From: Syntrophorhabdus sp.
GTDB taxonomy: Bacteria; Desulfobacterota; Syntrophorhabdia; Syntrophorhabdales; Syntrophorhabdaceae
Assembly: GCA_040767905.1 (NCBI GenBank)
Contig: JAXGNP010000002.1
Location: 428,635 to 452,634 of the forward strand
Direction of reading: 5' to 3'
DNA length: 24,000 nucleotides
This document shows, one piece after another, positions 1 through 9,111 of this stretch; within the stretch, counting starts at the first letter, position 1, and each line of letters begins with the position of its first letter. The position numbers and the translations under genes were made by a program. The notes beneath the pieces are model-generated. The model did not search any database, was not told the origin of the DNA, and saw nothing but the letters and a program-made list of their open reading frames with translations.

Positions 1-465
1 AGGAATGCTCATGCGAATAACCCCGAGGATTCTGCTATCCTTTTCAACAGGGAGTGCGACATAGAGCATTGTTTCTTCCAGAGTAATGCTGAACCTCGTG
101 GATTTTCCCACACCGCCGGACAGGGCGTCGACTACCTCGGGTCGTATCTTGTGGCTCTCCATAACCGAAGGGTCCTTCTCGGTATCTGCGAGAACCACGC
201 CATCCCTGTTGATAACGGTAACGCGAGCATTAATCTTGCCTCTCAGGTCTTTTAAAAAGACATCCAACTCCTGAAAACGACGATTTTCCAGATAATCTAC
301 TACATGCGGAGATGTGGTAATGGCAATATTCTTGAGGTTGTCGGTTAGGGTATTGACATAATTCGTCCTGATAAGTTTGAAGGAGATGAGCGGTATGAAA
401 AGAAGAAGGATGCAGATGATAACCAGATAACCGCCAAAGACCTTGGAAAACAGTGAAGTTTTCAT
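1..465 (-). CDS. Sensor histidine kinase, N-terminal part (PhoR-like; truncated by window edge)
   Basis: Minus-strand open frame from ATG at 465 (MKTSLFSKVFGGYLVIICIILFFLFIPLISFKLIRTNYVN...) with an N-terminal TM segment and an extracytoplasmic sensor-like region. It overlaps the response regulator stop by ATGA. The frame runs off the left edge. Confidence 0.7.
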   Translation of the reverse strand, partial: MKTSLFSKVFGGYLVIICILLLFIPLISFKLIRTNYVNTLTDNLKNIAITTSPHVVDYLENRRFQELDVFLKDLRGKINARVTVINRDGVVLADTEKDPSVMESHKIRPEVVDALSGGVGKSTRFSITLEETMLYVALPVEKDSRILGVIRMSIP

Positions 466-1142
466 TCCTCGAGTTTGTAGCCTACCCCGCGCATATTCTG
501 AATAAACTTTGCAGCCGTGCCGAGTTTTTCCCTGAGATGTTTGATATGGACATCAACGGTTCTGTCAAGGACCATCTTGTCATCCCCCCAGAGGTGCTGG
601 AGAATTTTTTCCCGCGAAAAGACCCAGCCCTTCTTCGAGACGAAAAGTTGGAGAATTCTGAACTCAGTTGATGTAAGATCGATCCTTTTTCCCTTAACCT
701 CAACCTCGTATTTTTCAAGATCAATAGTCATAATGTCGCCGACAGTGATTTTTTTTGTCTCCTCTTCAGGCTTGTGTCTCCTCAGGACCGCCTTGACACG
801 GGCGACCAACTCCCTGGGCGAAAAGGGTTTTGTCATATAATCATCTGCCCCGAGCTCAAGCCCGAGGATTCTCTCGCTCTCCTCCGCACGAGCAGTTAGC
901 ATAATAATTGGAATCTTGGAGAAAGCATCCTCTTTTTTCAGGTGCTTACAAACCTCATACCCATCTGTATCGGGGAGCATGAGGTCAAGAATGATCAGGT
1001 CGGGAAGCTCTGATTTGAGAAACCGGTAGAATGAATCCACGTCGAGGAACTGCTTTGTCCGGAATCCTCCCTTCTTAAGATGGAGAGAGACAAGATTGAG
1101 AATGTCCGGCTCATCATCAACAATTGCAACCAGTTTGCTCAC
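462..1142 (-). CDS. OmpR/PhoB-family response regulator
   Basis: Receiver domain (IVDDEPDILNLV, DLIILDLMLPDTDG, MLTARAEE, TKPFSPRELVARV) followed by a winged-helix output domain (LTSTEFRILQLFVSKKGWVFSREKIL, RTVDVHIKHLREKLG, RGVGYKLEE). GTG start. Confidence 0.93.
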   Translation of the reverse strand: MSKLVAIVDDEPDILNLVSLHLKKGGFRTKQFLDVDSFYRFLKSELPDLIILDLMLPDTDGYEVCKHLKKEDAFSKIPIIMLTARAEESERILGLELGADDYMTKPFSPRELVARVKAVLRRHKPEEETKKITVGDIMTIDLEKYEVEVKGKRIDLTSTEFRILQLFVSKKGWVFSREKILQHLWGDDKMVLDRTVDVHIKHLREKLGTAAKFIQNMRGVGYKLEE

Positions 1143-1306
1143 AATTGTTTGCTCCTCCTGTTAAACATTATCCCTGTCTTTTTGAGCATATCATACCCGA
1201 AACAATTTGAAAAGAAACACTTTTTTCAATTGAATATCCGTGATAGAAAAGATTATGGTATTATCATCTGTAAGTTGCGTTTGTGCTGTCACGAAAGGGA
1301 GGCGCT

Positions 1307-2275
1307 ATGGGCAAATCAGGTAAAGGGGCAAACGAAAAAAGAGCGTGCCAGAGGGATATCTCGATCACGTATAACTTCCGGGATGAGATCCCCAGGATCG
1401 TTGATACTATTGTATCGCTTCATGACCAGAATGACAGGTTTTGCCACATCAGTCCTGAGCCTGCCCCCTCAAGGGCGCTGGTAATAGAAATCATCCGGAG
1501 GGGTATGCGTATAATGTATCCCGGCTATTTTTCTGAAACATGCATGGACGAGGTAAACATGCGGTATTACCTTGGTCAGGAGGTTATTGAGTTTTTTCAA
1601 GTCCTTTCAGGGCAGATTACTACTGCAATCAGGCACGATTGTGTCCGTTTCGACCTTGCCTGTACCAACTGCGATGAAAGGGGCCAGCGCATAGGATTGC
1701 AGTTCGTCAGGGATATTCCCAATCTTCAGGCCGTACTTGCAAAGGATATCATTGCTGCCCATGAGGGTGATCCTGCGTCAAAATATTACGATGAGGTAAT
1801 CTTCAGCTATCCTGGTCTTTTTGCAATTACCGTGTACCGTATGGCCCACAATCTCCTTGAACAGGGGGTGCCCCTTATTCCCAGGATCATGACAGAGTAT
1901 GCCCACACCCTTACCGGTATCGATATCCACCCGGGTGTTCACATTGGGGAGAGCTTCTTTATCGATCATGGAACAGGAGTGGTCATTGGCGAAACCACTA
2001 CTATCGGAGACCGCGTGAGAATATATCAGGGCGTTACATTGGGTGCGCTGTCCTTGAGCAAAAATGAGGTGGAGCGGTTGAGGAATAAAAAAAGGCACCC
2101 TACCATTGAAGACGATGTGATCATTTATTCAAATGCGACGATACTCGGGGGAAACACCGTCATAGGCGCCCGCTCGGTTATTGGCGGTAACGTGTGGCTC
2201 ACAGAATCAGTGCCACCTGACACAACAGTGTTTCTGAAAAAGCCTGAATTAGTCATTACGGAGAAATCACGGTGA
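1307..2275 (+). CDS. Serine O-acetyltransferase (EpsC/CysE-like, left-handed beta-helix acetyltransferase)
   Basis: Hexapeptide-repeat region GIDIHPGVHIGESFFIDHGTGVVIGETTTIGDRVRIYQGVTLGALS. ATG at 1307 has a good RBS (gaaagggagg); the ORF track start at 1283 is probably too early. Confidence 0.9.
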   Translation: MGKSGKGANEKRACQRDISITYNFRDEIPRIVDTIVSLHDQNDRFCHISPEPAPSRALVIEIIRRGMRIMYPGYFSETCMDEVNMRYYLGQEVIEFFQVLSGQITTAIRHDCVRFDLACTNCDERGQRIGLQFVRDIPNLQAVLAKDIIAAHEGDPASKYYDEVIFSYPGLFAITVYRMAHNLLEQGVPLIPRIMTEYAHTLTGIDIHPGVHIGESFFIDHGTGVVIGETTTIGDRVRIYQGVTLGALSLSKNEVERLRNKKRHPTIEDDVIIYSNATILGGNTVIGARSVIGGNVWLTESVPPDTTVFLKKPELVITEKSR

Positions 2276-2406
2276 TTATTCATAGCGAAATCTCAGATGA
2301 AATTACATTATCAGTTTAACATTATTTATTGAACGGTCGTAGGCGAACCAATACGCTGAAACGCTTATGAGCGTATACTTTTGCAATCATCAATAAGGAG
2401 GACCCA

Positions 2407-2625
2407 ATGGAGCTAGGAGAATTACAAAAAGGCAAGGATAAAATTATCATCGCACTCAAGGAATTCAAAGGAAAAGAGTATATCGATATTAGAACCCACT
2501 TTGAAAATGATGATGGAGACTGGATACCTACCAAGAAGGGGATAACCTTCTCTCCGGAGAGCCTTGATGAAATGATAGAAATTCTTAAGACTGCAAAGAA
2601 GAAAATAGAGGGCAAAGAAAAATAG
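2407..2625 (+). CDS. PC4/p15-like (YdbC-type) putative transcriptional coactivator / ssDNA-binding protein
   Basis: 72 aa; EFKGKEYIDIRTHFENDDGDWIPTKKGITFSPESLDEMIEIL matches the PC4 family pattern. AAGGAGG upstream. Confidence 0.75.
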   Translation: MELGELQKGKDKIIIALKEFKGKEYIDIRTHFENDDGDWIPTKKGITFSPESLDEMIEILKTAKKKIEGKEK

Positions 2626-2653
2626 CAATAGCCCTTGATGACGAGATACTATC

Positions 2654-2902
2654 TCATATTCCCAGGGCTGCTTTGATCTCGTCCCTCTTAAAACCCACGA
2701 TCACTTTGCTCCCGATGCAGATAGTGGGAAAAGTGGCGGCCGGGTTATACTGTTTGACTTCTTCAATCATTGCAGTCATTTCCTCTCCTGACAGAAGGTC
2801 AACATCAATATGCTCATACTTGACACCATTTTCATTCAGAAATTGTTTGGTGTTTTTACAATGGATGCAACCGCTCAAGGTATACATTTTAACGGGTGCC
2901 AT
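2654..2902 (-). CDS. Glutaredoxin-like protein
   Basis: CxxC motif SGCIHCKNTKQFL plus NPAATFPTICIGSKVIVGF (cis-Pro/GSH-binding region). Confidence 0.85.
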   Translation of the reverse strand: MAPVKMYTLSGCIHCKNTKQFLNENGVKYEHIDVDLLSGEEMTAMIEEVKQYNPAATFPTICIGSKVIVGFKRDEIKAALGI

Positions 2903-2923
2903 ATTCCCTCCTTTATGAGACTT

Positions 2924-3490
2924 TTACCTCTTGTCTGACGTATTGGTTTCAACCCATCTTGCGAAGGCCTGCATGAACTTTGTGACAAATTCCTCGATTG
3001 AATCATTTGCAAGGTTGCCATGCCCATCGAAGAGATTGGCTGCATTACCTACATAGGCCTCAGGCTGCTGCATGGTGGGAATGTTGAGAAACACGAGCGA
3101 CTGTCTGAGATGATGGTTTGCGCCGAATCCGCCTATTGCGCCGGGTGAAACGGTCATTACAGCACCAGGCTTGCCATCCCATACGCTTTTTCCGTAGGGA
3201 CGGGAGCCTACATCGATCGCATTCTTGATCACGGCAGGGATTGAGCGGTTGTATTCAGGCGTTACAAACAAGACACCGTCAAACGGCTTTACCTGTTTTC
3301 TGAAATCTGTCCATACATCAGGAGGCCTTCCCTCATCATCGAGGTCCTGGTCATACAGAGGAAGGGCCCCAATTTCAATGATTTCAAGCTTCAGTGTTTC
3401 CGGTGCATGCGTTGCAAGGGCATTGGCCATTTTGCGGTTATAAGATTCCTTTCGAAGGCTTCCAACAAAGACTGCAATTTTCTTTGCCAT
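2924..3490 (-). CDS. NADPH-dependent FMN reductase family protein
   Basis: MAKKIAVFVGSLRKESYNRKMANAL, LFVTPEYNRSIPAVIKNAIDVGSRP, KPGAVMTVSPGAIGGFGANHHLRQ. The internal ATG at 3490 with an upstream aggagga is preferred over the 3682 start. Confidence 0.88.
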   Translation of the reverse strand: MAKKIAVFVGSLRKESYNRKMANALATHAPETLKLEIIEIGALPLYDQDLDDEGRPPDVWTDFRKQVKPFDGVLFVTPEYNRSIPAVIKNAIDVGSRPYGKSVWDGKPGAVMTVSPGAIGGFGANHHLRQSLVFLNIPTMQQPEAYVGNAANLFDGHGNLANDSIEEFVTKFMQAFARWVETNTSDKR

Positions 3491-3668
3491 GTGAATGTTC
3501 TCCTCCTTCTTTATATTTATTGGAAAAGTATATGCGATACTGATAAATATTGCGAGATGTTCGTGTCGAAAACGATATAATCCCACAATAAAGATGAATA
3601 GGGTTAAAGGCTTCTTTACCCATCCGTATCCTTCTGCTCTTAAAAAATGGCCATATAAGGTGAAGGTA

Positions 3669-3698
3669 TTGACATTAATCAAGCCATTCAGTTATTAT
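3669..3698 (+). promoter_or_regulatory. Candidate sigma70-type promoter for the reductase operon
   Basis: TTGACA (3669-3674), 18-nt spacer, TATTAT (3693-3698). It would give a leader of about 195 nt before the ATG at 3902. Confidence 0.45.
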
Positions 3699-3853
3699 AT
3701 CTCTGAAATAAATGAAAGCAATAGTATAATGCGAAGAAAAGAAATTATATTTATTCCTTCAGGCTGAGAAACATATAGGGGGCCCGGGTGGCTTCCCTTT
3801 ATGACCGTGTTCGCAGTTTCTCCGCCGTAATCCCACAATTTATCTCCCGGGAG

Positions 3854-3890
3854 TCCGGCGCGGAAATCCGCGGCCGGATTTTTTATTTTT
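3854..3890 (+). terminator. Terminator-like hairpin in the 5' leader (possible attenuator)
   Basis: TCCGGC-GCGGA-aa-TCCGC-g-GCCGGA followed immediately by TTTTTTATTTTT, with RBS gggagg and ATG 3902 just downstream. Confidence 0.6.
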
Positions 3891-3901
3891 GGGAGGTTTT
3901 C

Positions 3902-5182
3902 ATGTCAGATTACACACAAATGTGGACGGATTTGGGCCTTGATCTTAAGGCTCATGACGCGCTTCTTTCAGTCCTGGGTGGAGCGTATCAGGACATCTTT
4001 CTTTCTCAGAAGAATCGTCCCGAGGGAATGAAGTACTTCGACTTCGTTATGAGCGAAGTTCATGGCCTCAGGATTAAGGAACTCATGGATGCAAAGGCAG
4101 AGGGCCGCATCGTAGTGGGCTCCTATTGTGTTTTTGTGCCGGAGGAACTTATTCTTGCCGTAGATGGTGTTTCAGTTGGCCTCTGTGCCGGTGCAGAATT
4201 TAACTTTGAAGGTGCCGAAGAGGTAGTTCCCAGGAACCTTTGTCCGCTGATTAAATCAGCCTTCGGATTCAAGAGGGGTCTCGTGTGCCCATACGTTGAG
4301 GCGAGCGACATCATAGTCGGTGAGAATACTTGTGACGGCAAGAAAAAAGCCTATGAAGTTCTATCGCCTATGGTTAAGGACCTTTATATTATCGATCTCC
4401 CGCAGATGAAAAGCGAAACTGGTAAGATGCTTCTCAGGGAAGAGTACCGGAAATTCATAGCAAAACTTGAGGGCACAAGCGGAAAGAAGATCACCACTGA
4501 AACTCTGAAGAAAGGTGTAGAGATTACCAATGCAAAGAGAAAAGCTGTGAAGCGACTCGCAGAGCTGCGCAAGGCTGACCCTGCCCCCATTTCAGGTCTT
4601 GATGCTCTCCTCATAAACCAGGTCTTCTTTTACGATGATACGGTTCGATTTACTGCATCTGTAAACGCCCTTTGTGAAGAGCTTGAAGACCGCATTAAAA
4701 AAGGTATTGGCGTCTTCCCGAAGGGCACAACCCGCTTGCTAATTTCAGGATGTCCCATGGCAGTTCCCAACTGGAAGGTACCTTTCCTTGTTGAAACGAG
4801 TGGCGCTGTAATCGTAGGTGAGGAGTCGTGTGTAGGTGAGCGCGGTACGCAATGGCTCACCGAGGGGAAGGGGGATACTGTGGCTGAGCTTCTCGATGAT
4901 ATTACTGAACGATACTTCAAGATAGACTGTGCGGTGTTTACACCCAACCCATCGAGAACTGAACATGTAAGAGAGATGCATGGCAAAACAGGGGCTCAGG
5001 GAGTGATCCATTACAGCCTTCAGTTCTGTCATCCATACATAATCGAGAGCGGTCCTGCTGAGGCAGCACTCGAAAAAGCCAGCATCCCTACGCTGCGTCT
5101 TGAGACGGATTACAGCCAGGAGGATGCAGGCCAACTCAAGACCAGAATTGAGGCATTCCTTGAGAGGATTCAGGGAAAATGA
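3902..5182 (+). CDS. Double-cubane-cluster / HgdB-type reductase (2-hydroxyacyl-CoA dehydratase subunit family, YjiM-like)
   Basis: MSDYTQMWTDLGLDLKAHD...; motifs PRNLCPLIKSAFGFKRGLVCPYVEASDIIVGENTCDGKKKAYE, LLISGCPMAVPNWKV, HYSLQFCHPYIIES. RBS gggagg before ATG 3902; the 3788 start would run through the leader hairpin. Confidence 0.88.
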   Translation: MSDYTQMWTDLGLDLKAHDALLSVLGGAYQDIFLSQKNRPEGMKYFDFVMSEVHGLRIKELMDAKAEGRIVVGSYCVFVPEELILAVDGVSVGLCAGAEFNFEGAEEVVPRNLCPLIKSAFGFKRGLVCPYVEASDIIVGENTCDGKKKAYEVLSPMVKDLYIIDLPQMKSETGKMLLREEYRKFIAKLEGTSGKKITTETLKKGVEITNAKRKAVKRLAELRKADPAPISGLDALLINQVFFYDDTVRFTASVNALCEELEDRIKKGIGVFPKGTTRLLISGCPMAVPNWKVPFLVETSGAVIVGEESCVGERGTQWLTEGKGDTVAELLDDITERYFKIDCAVFTPNPSRTEHVREMHGKTGAQGVIHYSLQFCHPYIIESGPAEAALEKASIPTLRLETDYSQEDAGQLKTRIEAFLERIQGK

Positions 5183-5948
5183 GGGCAGCCGGGCTTGATA
5201 TCGGCTCCCGCACCGTGAAGCTTGCTGTCCTTGAAGAGGGCAAGGCAACTCATACGCGGAAAACCTTAACGTCTCACGATCCTTTAGGGGCTGTTCGTGA
5301 GCTTTCCAAGGGAGTTGATTATGATGTCTTAGTGGCTACCGGTTACGGAAGGCATCTTATCAAGGAGCACTTGGATTGCCCTGTCATTAGCGAGATCAAG
5401 GCCTTTGCCCTGGGGGCGAAAGCCATCCATCCGACCTGCAGGGTTATCCTCGATATTGGCGGACAGGACACAAAGGCAATTTGTTTGACGATACCGGTGA
5501 ATTAAGTAAATTCGAAATGAACGATAAGTGTGCTGCCGGCACAGGCCGTTTTCTTGAGATAATGGCTAACGCCCTCAATTATAGCCTCGACGAATTTTCA
5601 AAAGCGGCCTGTACTGCGCAGCGGGCCGAGAAGATCAACAGCATGTGCACAGTATTCGCCGAATCTGAAGTTATCTCTTTAACAGCGCAGGGAGCAAGGC
5701 GGGACGAAGTGGCTCTGGGTATCCACAAGGCTATCGTGAGCAGGTCTATTGCTCTCCTAAAGCGGATTGCCCCTTCCGGGGAAGTACTCTTTGCAGGAGG
5801 GGTAGCACTCAATGAATGCGTTCGTTCGTTGATAGCAGAGGAGCTTAAACGGCCTGTGATCGTTCCGCCCGACCCGCAGATCGTTGGAGCCCTTGGGGCT
5901 GCCCTTCAAGCGACCAGGTATTACGATAACATGGGGAGGATTACATGA
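5179..5948 (+). CDS. 2-hydroxyacyl-CoA dehydratase activator-type ATPase (YjiL/HgdC-like), reading frame disrupted at about 5480-5500
   Basis: N-part MRAAGLDIGSRTVKLAVLEEG...VLATGYGRHL...DIGGQDTKAI and C-part FDDTGELSKFEMNDKCAAGTGRFLEIMANAL...FAGGVALNECV...GALGAALQA lie in different frames (track ORFs 5179-5505 and 5481-5948). Together they make one full ASKHA/BadF-type activator. ATGA overlaps at both ends. Confidence 0.85.
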
Positions 5949-7108
5949 ATAGAATATTGGAGCCTCTTATTGACGACCAATACACGGGAGAGCCGCCTTC
6001 CAAGCGAGTCCTGGCGTATCTACAGGCACAAAGGTCACAGGGGGCGAAAATTGTGGGGACCTACTGTGGCTATGCACCCATAGAGGTCATCCGGGCCCTC
6101 GACCTTGTGCCTGCGACCCTCTGCGCCTTCTCGAACGCCACAATAGAGGCCGCGGAAGCAATCCTCCCTGCGAACCTGTGCCCCCTCATTAAGTCAAGCT
6201 ACGGATTTATCGTAACGGATACCTGTCCCTTTTTCGGAATTTCTGATGCCGTGATCGCTGAGACGACGTGCGATGGAAAAAAGAAAATGTTCGAGCTTAT
6301 TGGTGATTATAAACCTTTGCACGTCATGGATCTGCCTCAGCTCCCTGATGAACCGGAAGCGCTTGAGAACTGGACAACGATGATCCACAAGCTGAAGGAA
6401 TTTCTCGAACGTATTTTCGAGCGTACCATTACTGACGACAGAATTGAACAAGCCATTCGAGACTCTAATGAGAAGGTTCGGAAAATGAATCAGGTTTTCG
6501 ACTATGTTGCGCTGGATCCTCCGCTGGTGGGATGGCAAGAGCTCTACGACATATTTTTTCTCGCACAGAGCGCTCGGGGGTCAGAAATGGTCCCTCTTTT
6601 CGATAGTATAATCAACAAGCTTGAGAGGAGGAAAAAAGATGGTTATGTCTACGGCCCGTCAGGGGCTCCCAGGGTGATGGTGACGGGCTGTCCCGTGTCG
6701 GGCGACGCATCAAAAGTGTTTCACGCTATCGAAGAGGCAGGAGGTGTAATTGTTGCCCTTGATATCTGCTCAGGCATGAAGCCTTATATGTCTCTTATAG
6801 AAGAAGGGACGGGCGAACCAATCCGGACACTCGCAGCTCATTATTTGCAGATACCGTGCTCATGCATGACGCCAAACGATCGCCGGCTTGTTGAAATGAC
6901 TAAGATTATCGAAAGGTTTAAGCCCGACGCTGTAGTAGATGTGATCTTACAGGCGTGCCATTCCTATAACATCGAGTCATTCAAGGTGGGCGAGCATATT
7001 CAGGAAAAACATGGTCTGTCTTTCCTTAAAATTGTGACCGACTATTCTCAAAGCGATGTAGGTCAAATAAGAACAAGGGTGGAAGCACTACTGGAGATAT
7101 GTAAATGA
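5945..7108 (+). CDS. HgdB-type (2-hydroxyacyl-CoA dehydratase family) protein, paralogue 2
   Basis: VGTYCGYAPIEVIRALDLVPATLCAFSNATIEAAEAILPANLCPLIKSSYGFIVTDTCPFF...ETTCDGKKKMFELI...CPVSGDASKVFHAIEEAGG...ILQACHSYNIES. Confidence 0.88.
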   Translation: MNRILEPLIDDQYTGEPPSKRVLAYLQAQRSQGAKIVGTYCGYAPIEVIRALDLVPATLCAFSNATIEAAEAILPANLCPLIKSSYGFIVTDTCPFFGISDAVIAETTCDGKKKMFELIGDYKPLHVMDLPQLPDEPEALENWTTMIHKLKEFLERIFERTITDDRIEQAIRDSNEKVRKMNQVFDYVALDPPLVGWQELYDIFFLAQSARGSEMVPLFDSIINKLERRKKDGYVYGPSGAPRVMVTGCPVSGDASKVFHAIEEAGGVIVALDICSGMKPYMSLIEEGTGEPIRTLAAHYLQIPCSCMTPNDRRLVEMTKIIERFKPDAVVDVILQACHSYNIESFKVGEHIQEKHGLSFLKIVTDYSQSDVGQIRTRVEALLEICK

Positions 7109-7159
7109 GATGACACTGATTGTTTTATAAATATCTTAGAACAGGAGGTAGTAAGACTT

Positions 7160-8272
7160 ATGTTTAGAAATCTGAAGTCGGCTTTGATTACGGTTGTTGG
7201 GTTCGTTATTTTATCGTTCGCTTCCGGTGTTTATGGGGCAGATATTCCCGCCATGAAAGTGGGTTATATTTTTACCACCCACCACACACCATTTATGGTG
7301 GCAGCACAAAAAGGTGAAGCTCTCAAATCCATGGGAGTGTATCTCAAACCGGTTGTCGCCAAGGACAAGTATGAGTTAATAGTAGATGGCAAGCCGATAG
7401 CAACGCTCCAGTTGATTGTGGCAAAAAGCGGAACGGAAACCGCCTCGCTTTTCGCACGAAACCAGCTCGATCTTGCTATGGCTTCTGTTACAGCCATGAT
7501 AGCCGCAATCGACAAAGGGACAGCAATAAAAATACTGAGTCCCCTTCAAACGGAGGGAATGGGTCTTGTTGTGGCAAAAGATTCTCCCCTTGTCAACTGG
7601 GAATCGTTTATGGCCCATATCAAAAAGGCCGGTAAGCCAGTAAAAATAGGATATCACTCTCCCACGAGCGCCCCGAAGATAATCCTTGAAGGGTCGCTGA
7701 AACAGTCAGGGATACGGGTGACTGAAGACCCCAATGATCAGTCGGCCCAGGTCTTGCTTGCCGACCTGAAAGAAACGACGAACTTGATCCCTGCTCTTAC
7801 CAGCAGGCAGGTCGAAGCTGTTGTCGGGCCATCGCCTTTCCCGGAGGTTGCTGTCAGTCGTGGTGTAGGCAAGATTGTGGTGGAGCTCCGCGACCTTCCC
7901 CCCAAGGGGTATTGGCATGATTTTCCCTGCTGTGTCACCGCGGCCACCGATGCAACCATCTCCAAACACCCCCATGTAGTGCAAAAATTCATAGAACTTA
8001 TCGCCAAGACCAACGCATGGTGCAACAAGAACAGACTTGAGGCCGGTACATTAACCGCGGAGTGGATTGGACTTCCCCCTGAATCAGCCCAGGCATCAAC
8101 ATTGGTTTACCTGCCAAAATTCACCGCGCAATGGATGAAAGGCGCCAATGAGTATCTGACCATTCTCGATCAAATGGGAAAATTTACCGGAAAAATGAAA
8201 GGAAAAACAATCAACGATGTAAGGCCGGTTCTATTCGACATGCAATTTATTGACAGAGTGAAAATACAATGA
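7160..8272 (+). CDS. ABC transporter substrate-binding protein (NitT/TauT-like)
   Basis: N-terminal signal peptide (MFRNLKSALITVVGFVILSFASGVYGAD). Periplasmic binding fold with VAKSGTETASLFARNQLDLAMASVTAMIAAIDKG. Followed directly by permease and ATPase genes. Confidence 0.85.
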   Translation: MFRNLKSALITVVGFVILSFASGVYGADIPAMKVGYIFTTHHTPFMVAAQKGEALKSMGVYLKPVVAKDKYELIVDGKPIATLQLIVAKSGTETASLFARNQLDLAMASVTAMIAAIDKGTAIKILSPLQTEGMGLVVAKDSPLVNWESFMAHIKKAGKPVKIGYHSPTSAPKIILEGSLKQSGIRVTEDPNDQSAQVLLADLKETTNLIPALTSRQVEAVVGPSPFPEVAVSRGVGKIVVELRDLPPKGYWHDFPCCVTAATDATISKHPHVVQKFIELIAKTNAWCNKNRLEAGTLTAEWIGLPPESAQASTLVYLPKFTAQWMKGANEYLTILDQMGKFTGKMKGKTINDVRPVLFDMQFIDRVKIQ

Positions 8273-9111
8273 ATGTAAGAAATATACTCTTAAGGACAGG
8301 TGCTTATATAACTGTACCGGTCCTTTTCTTAGCTTTTTGGGCCTTCATGGCATGGCACATGAAAAATGAGGTCATCCTGCCCAGTGTCGGGCAGGTGGCC
8401 CAGCTTTTCATGGAACCAACCAAAAGCCTTATAGCCATGGGCCCTCTCACCACAAATGTTGCCGTTAGTCTTGTGCGCGTTCTGTCGGGTTATCTCCTTG
8501 CGGTTTGCCTCGCCGTGCCGCTGGGGATTCTTATGGGATATTACGGGACGGTCTTCAGGCTCATGAATGGTTTCCTTGCCATGTTCAGGCCAATCCCCCC
8601 TCTTGCATGGGTGCCATTGGTGCTTGCCTGGTTTGGAATTACGAGCTTTGCAACACTTTTTGGCGTGGAAAGGGGGTATGCGTATCTTTATCTCAATAAC
8701 CTGAAGTTCTCTATGATTTTTATTATCTTCATAGGGGCTTTCTATCCTATTTTGACGAGTGCGATACACGGGGTCATGAGCGTGCGGAATACCCTTTTGG
8801 ACTCAGCAAGGGTTCTTGGAGCCAGCGAGTGGGACATTTTTCGGAAAATTCTCTTGCCGGCATCTTCTCCTTCAATTGTTAACGGTATGAGGATCGGCCT
8901 GGGAGTAGCATGGATGTGCCTTGTATCAGCAGAAATGCTTCCCGGGAGTCTCTCCGGTGTGGGCTATCTTATTACCCACGCGTACACGCTCGCACGAACA
9001 GATATTGTCATAGCAGGCATGATCAGTATTGGAGTCATAGGCGCTTTCCTGGACCTATTCTTCCGACTCGTCGAAGATCGCAAGTTCGTCTGGACGAGAT
9101 TGACCCGATGA
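8269..9111 (+). CDS. ABC transporter permease (NitT/TauT-like, BPD_transp_1)
   Basis: Multiple TM segments and the EAA loop DSARVLGASEWDIFRKILLPASSPSIVNGMRIGLGVAW. Confidence 0.9.
   Translation: MNVRNILLRTGAYITVPVLFLAFWAFMAWHMKNEVILPSVGQVAQLFMEPTKSLIAMGPLTTNVAVSLVRVLSGYLLAVCLAVPLGILMGYYGTVFRLMNGFLAMFRPIPPLAWVPLVLAWFGITSFATLFGVERGYAYLYLNNLKFSMIFIIFIGAFYPILTSAIHGVMSVRNTLLDSARVLGASEWDIFRKILLPASSPSIVNGMRIGLGVAWMCLVSAEMLPGSLSGVGYLITHAYTLARTDIVIAGMISIGVIGAFLDLFFRLVEDRKFVWTRLTR

Noticed and set aside
2609-2656. Glutaredoxin-like gene ending in UGA considered for readthrough (continuation DSISSSRAIAIFLC).
   Set aside because: The protein is already complete with its CIHC motif, and the extension is short, non-conserved-looking and antisense to the PC4-like gene end.
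3495-3767. Plus-strand ORF MFSSFFIFIGKVYAILINIARCS...
   Set aside because: Antisense to the FMN-reductase upstream region with no RBS or family features.
3788-3901. N-terminal extension MASLYDRVRSFSAVIPQFISRESGAEIRGRIFYFWEVF of the first reductase.
   Set aside because: It is encoded by the leader hairpin and U-tract. A clear RBS and ATG at 3902 begin the family-like sequence.
4123-4986. Long minus-strand ORFs (4123-4341, 4384-4614, 4630-4986) opposite the first reductase gene.
   Set aside because: Low-complexity Ser/Arg-rich translations typical of antisense frames of a real gene.
5179-5948. Activator gap considered as another Sec recoding site.
   Set aside because: The interruption is a frame change ended by TAA, not an in-frame UGA, and no Cys-to-Sec position is involved.
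7106-7160. Paralogue 2 (ends in TGA at 7106-7108) and the substrate-binding protein (starts 7160) are in the same frame with no other stop between, so a UGA/Sec readthrough fusion is formally possible.
   Set aside because: The first protein ends at its family-typical C-terminus, the second begins with its own signal peptide after an RBS (aggaggtag), and a fused topology would be biologically odd. Treated as coincidence.
8910-9107. N-terminal extension of the ABC ATPase ORF.
   Set aside because: It overlaps permease coding sequence in another frame and has no ATPase-like residues. ATG 9108 with ATGA coupling is convincing.
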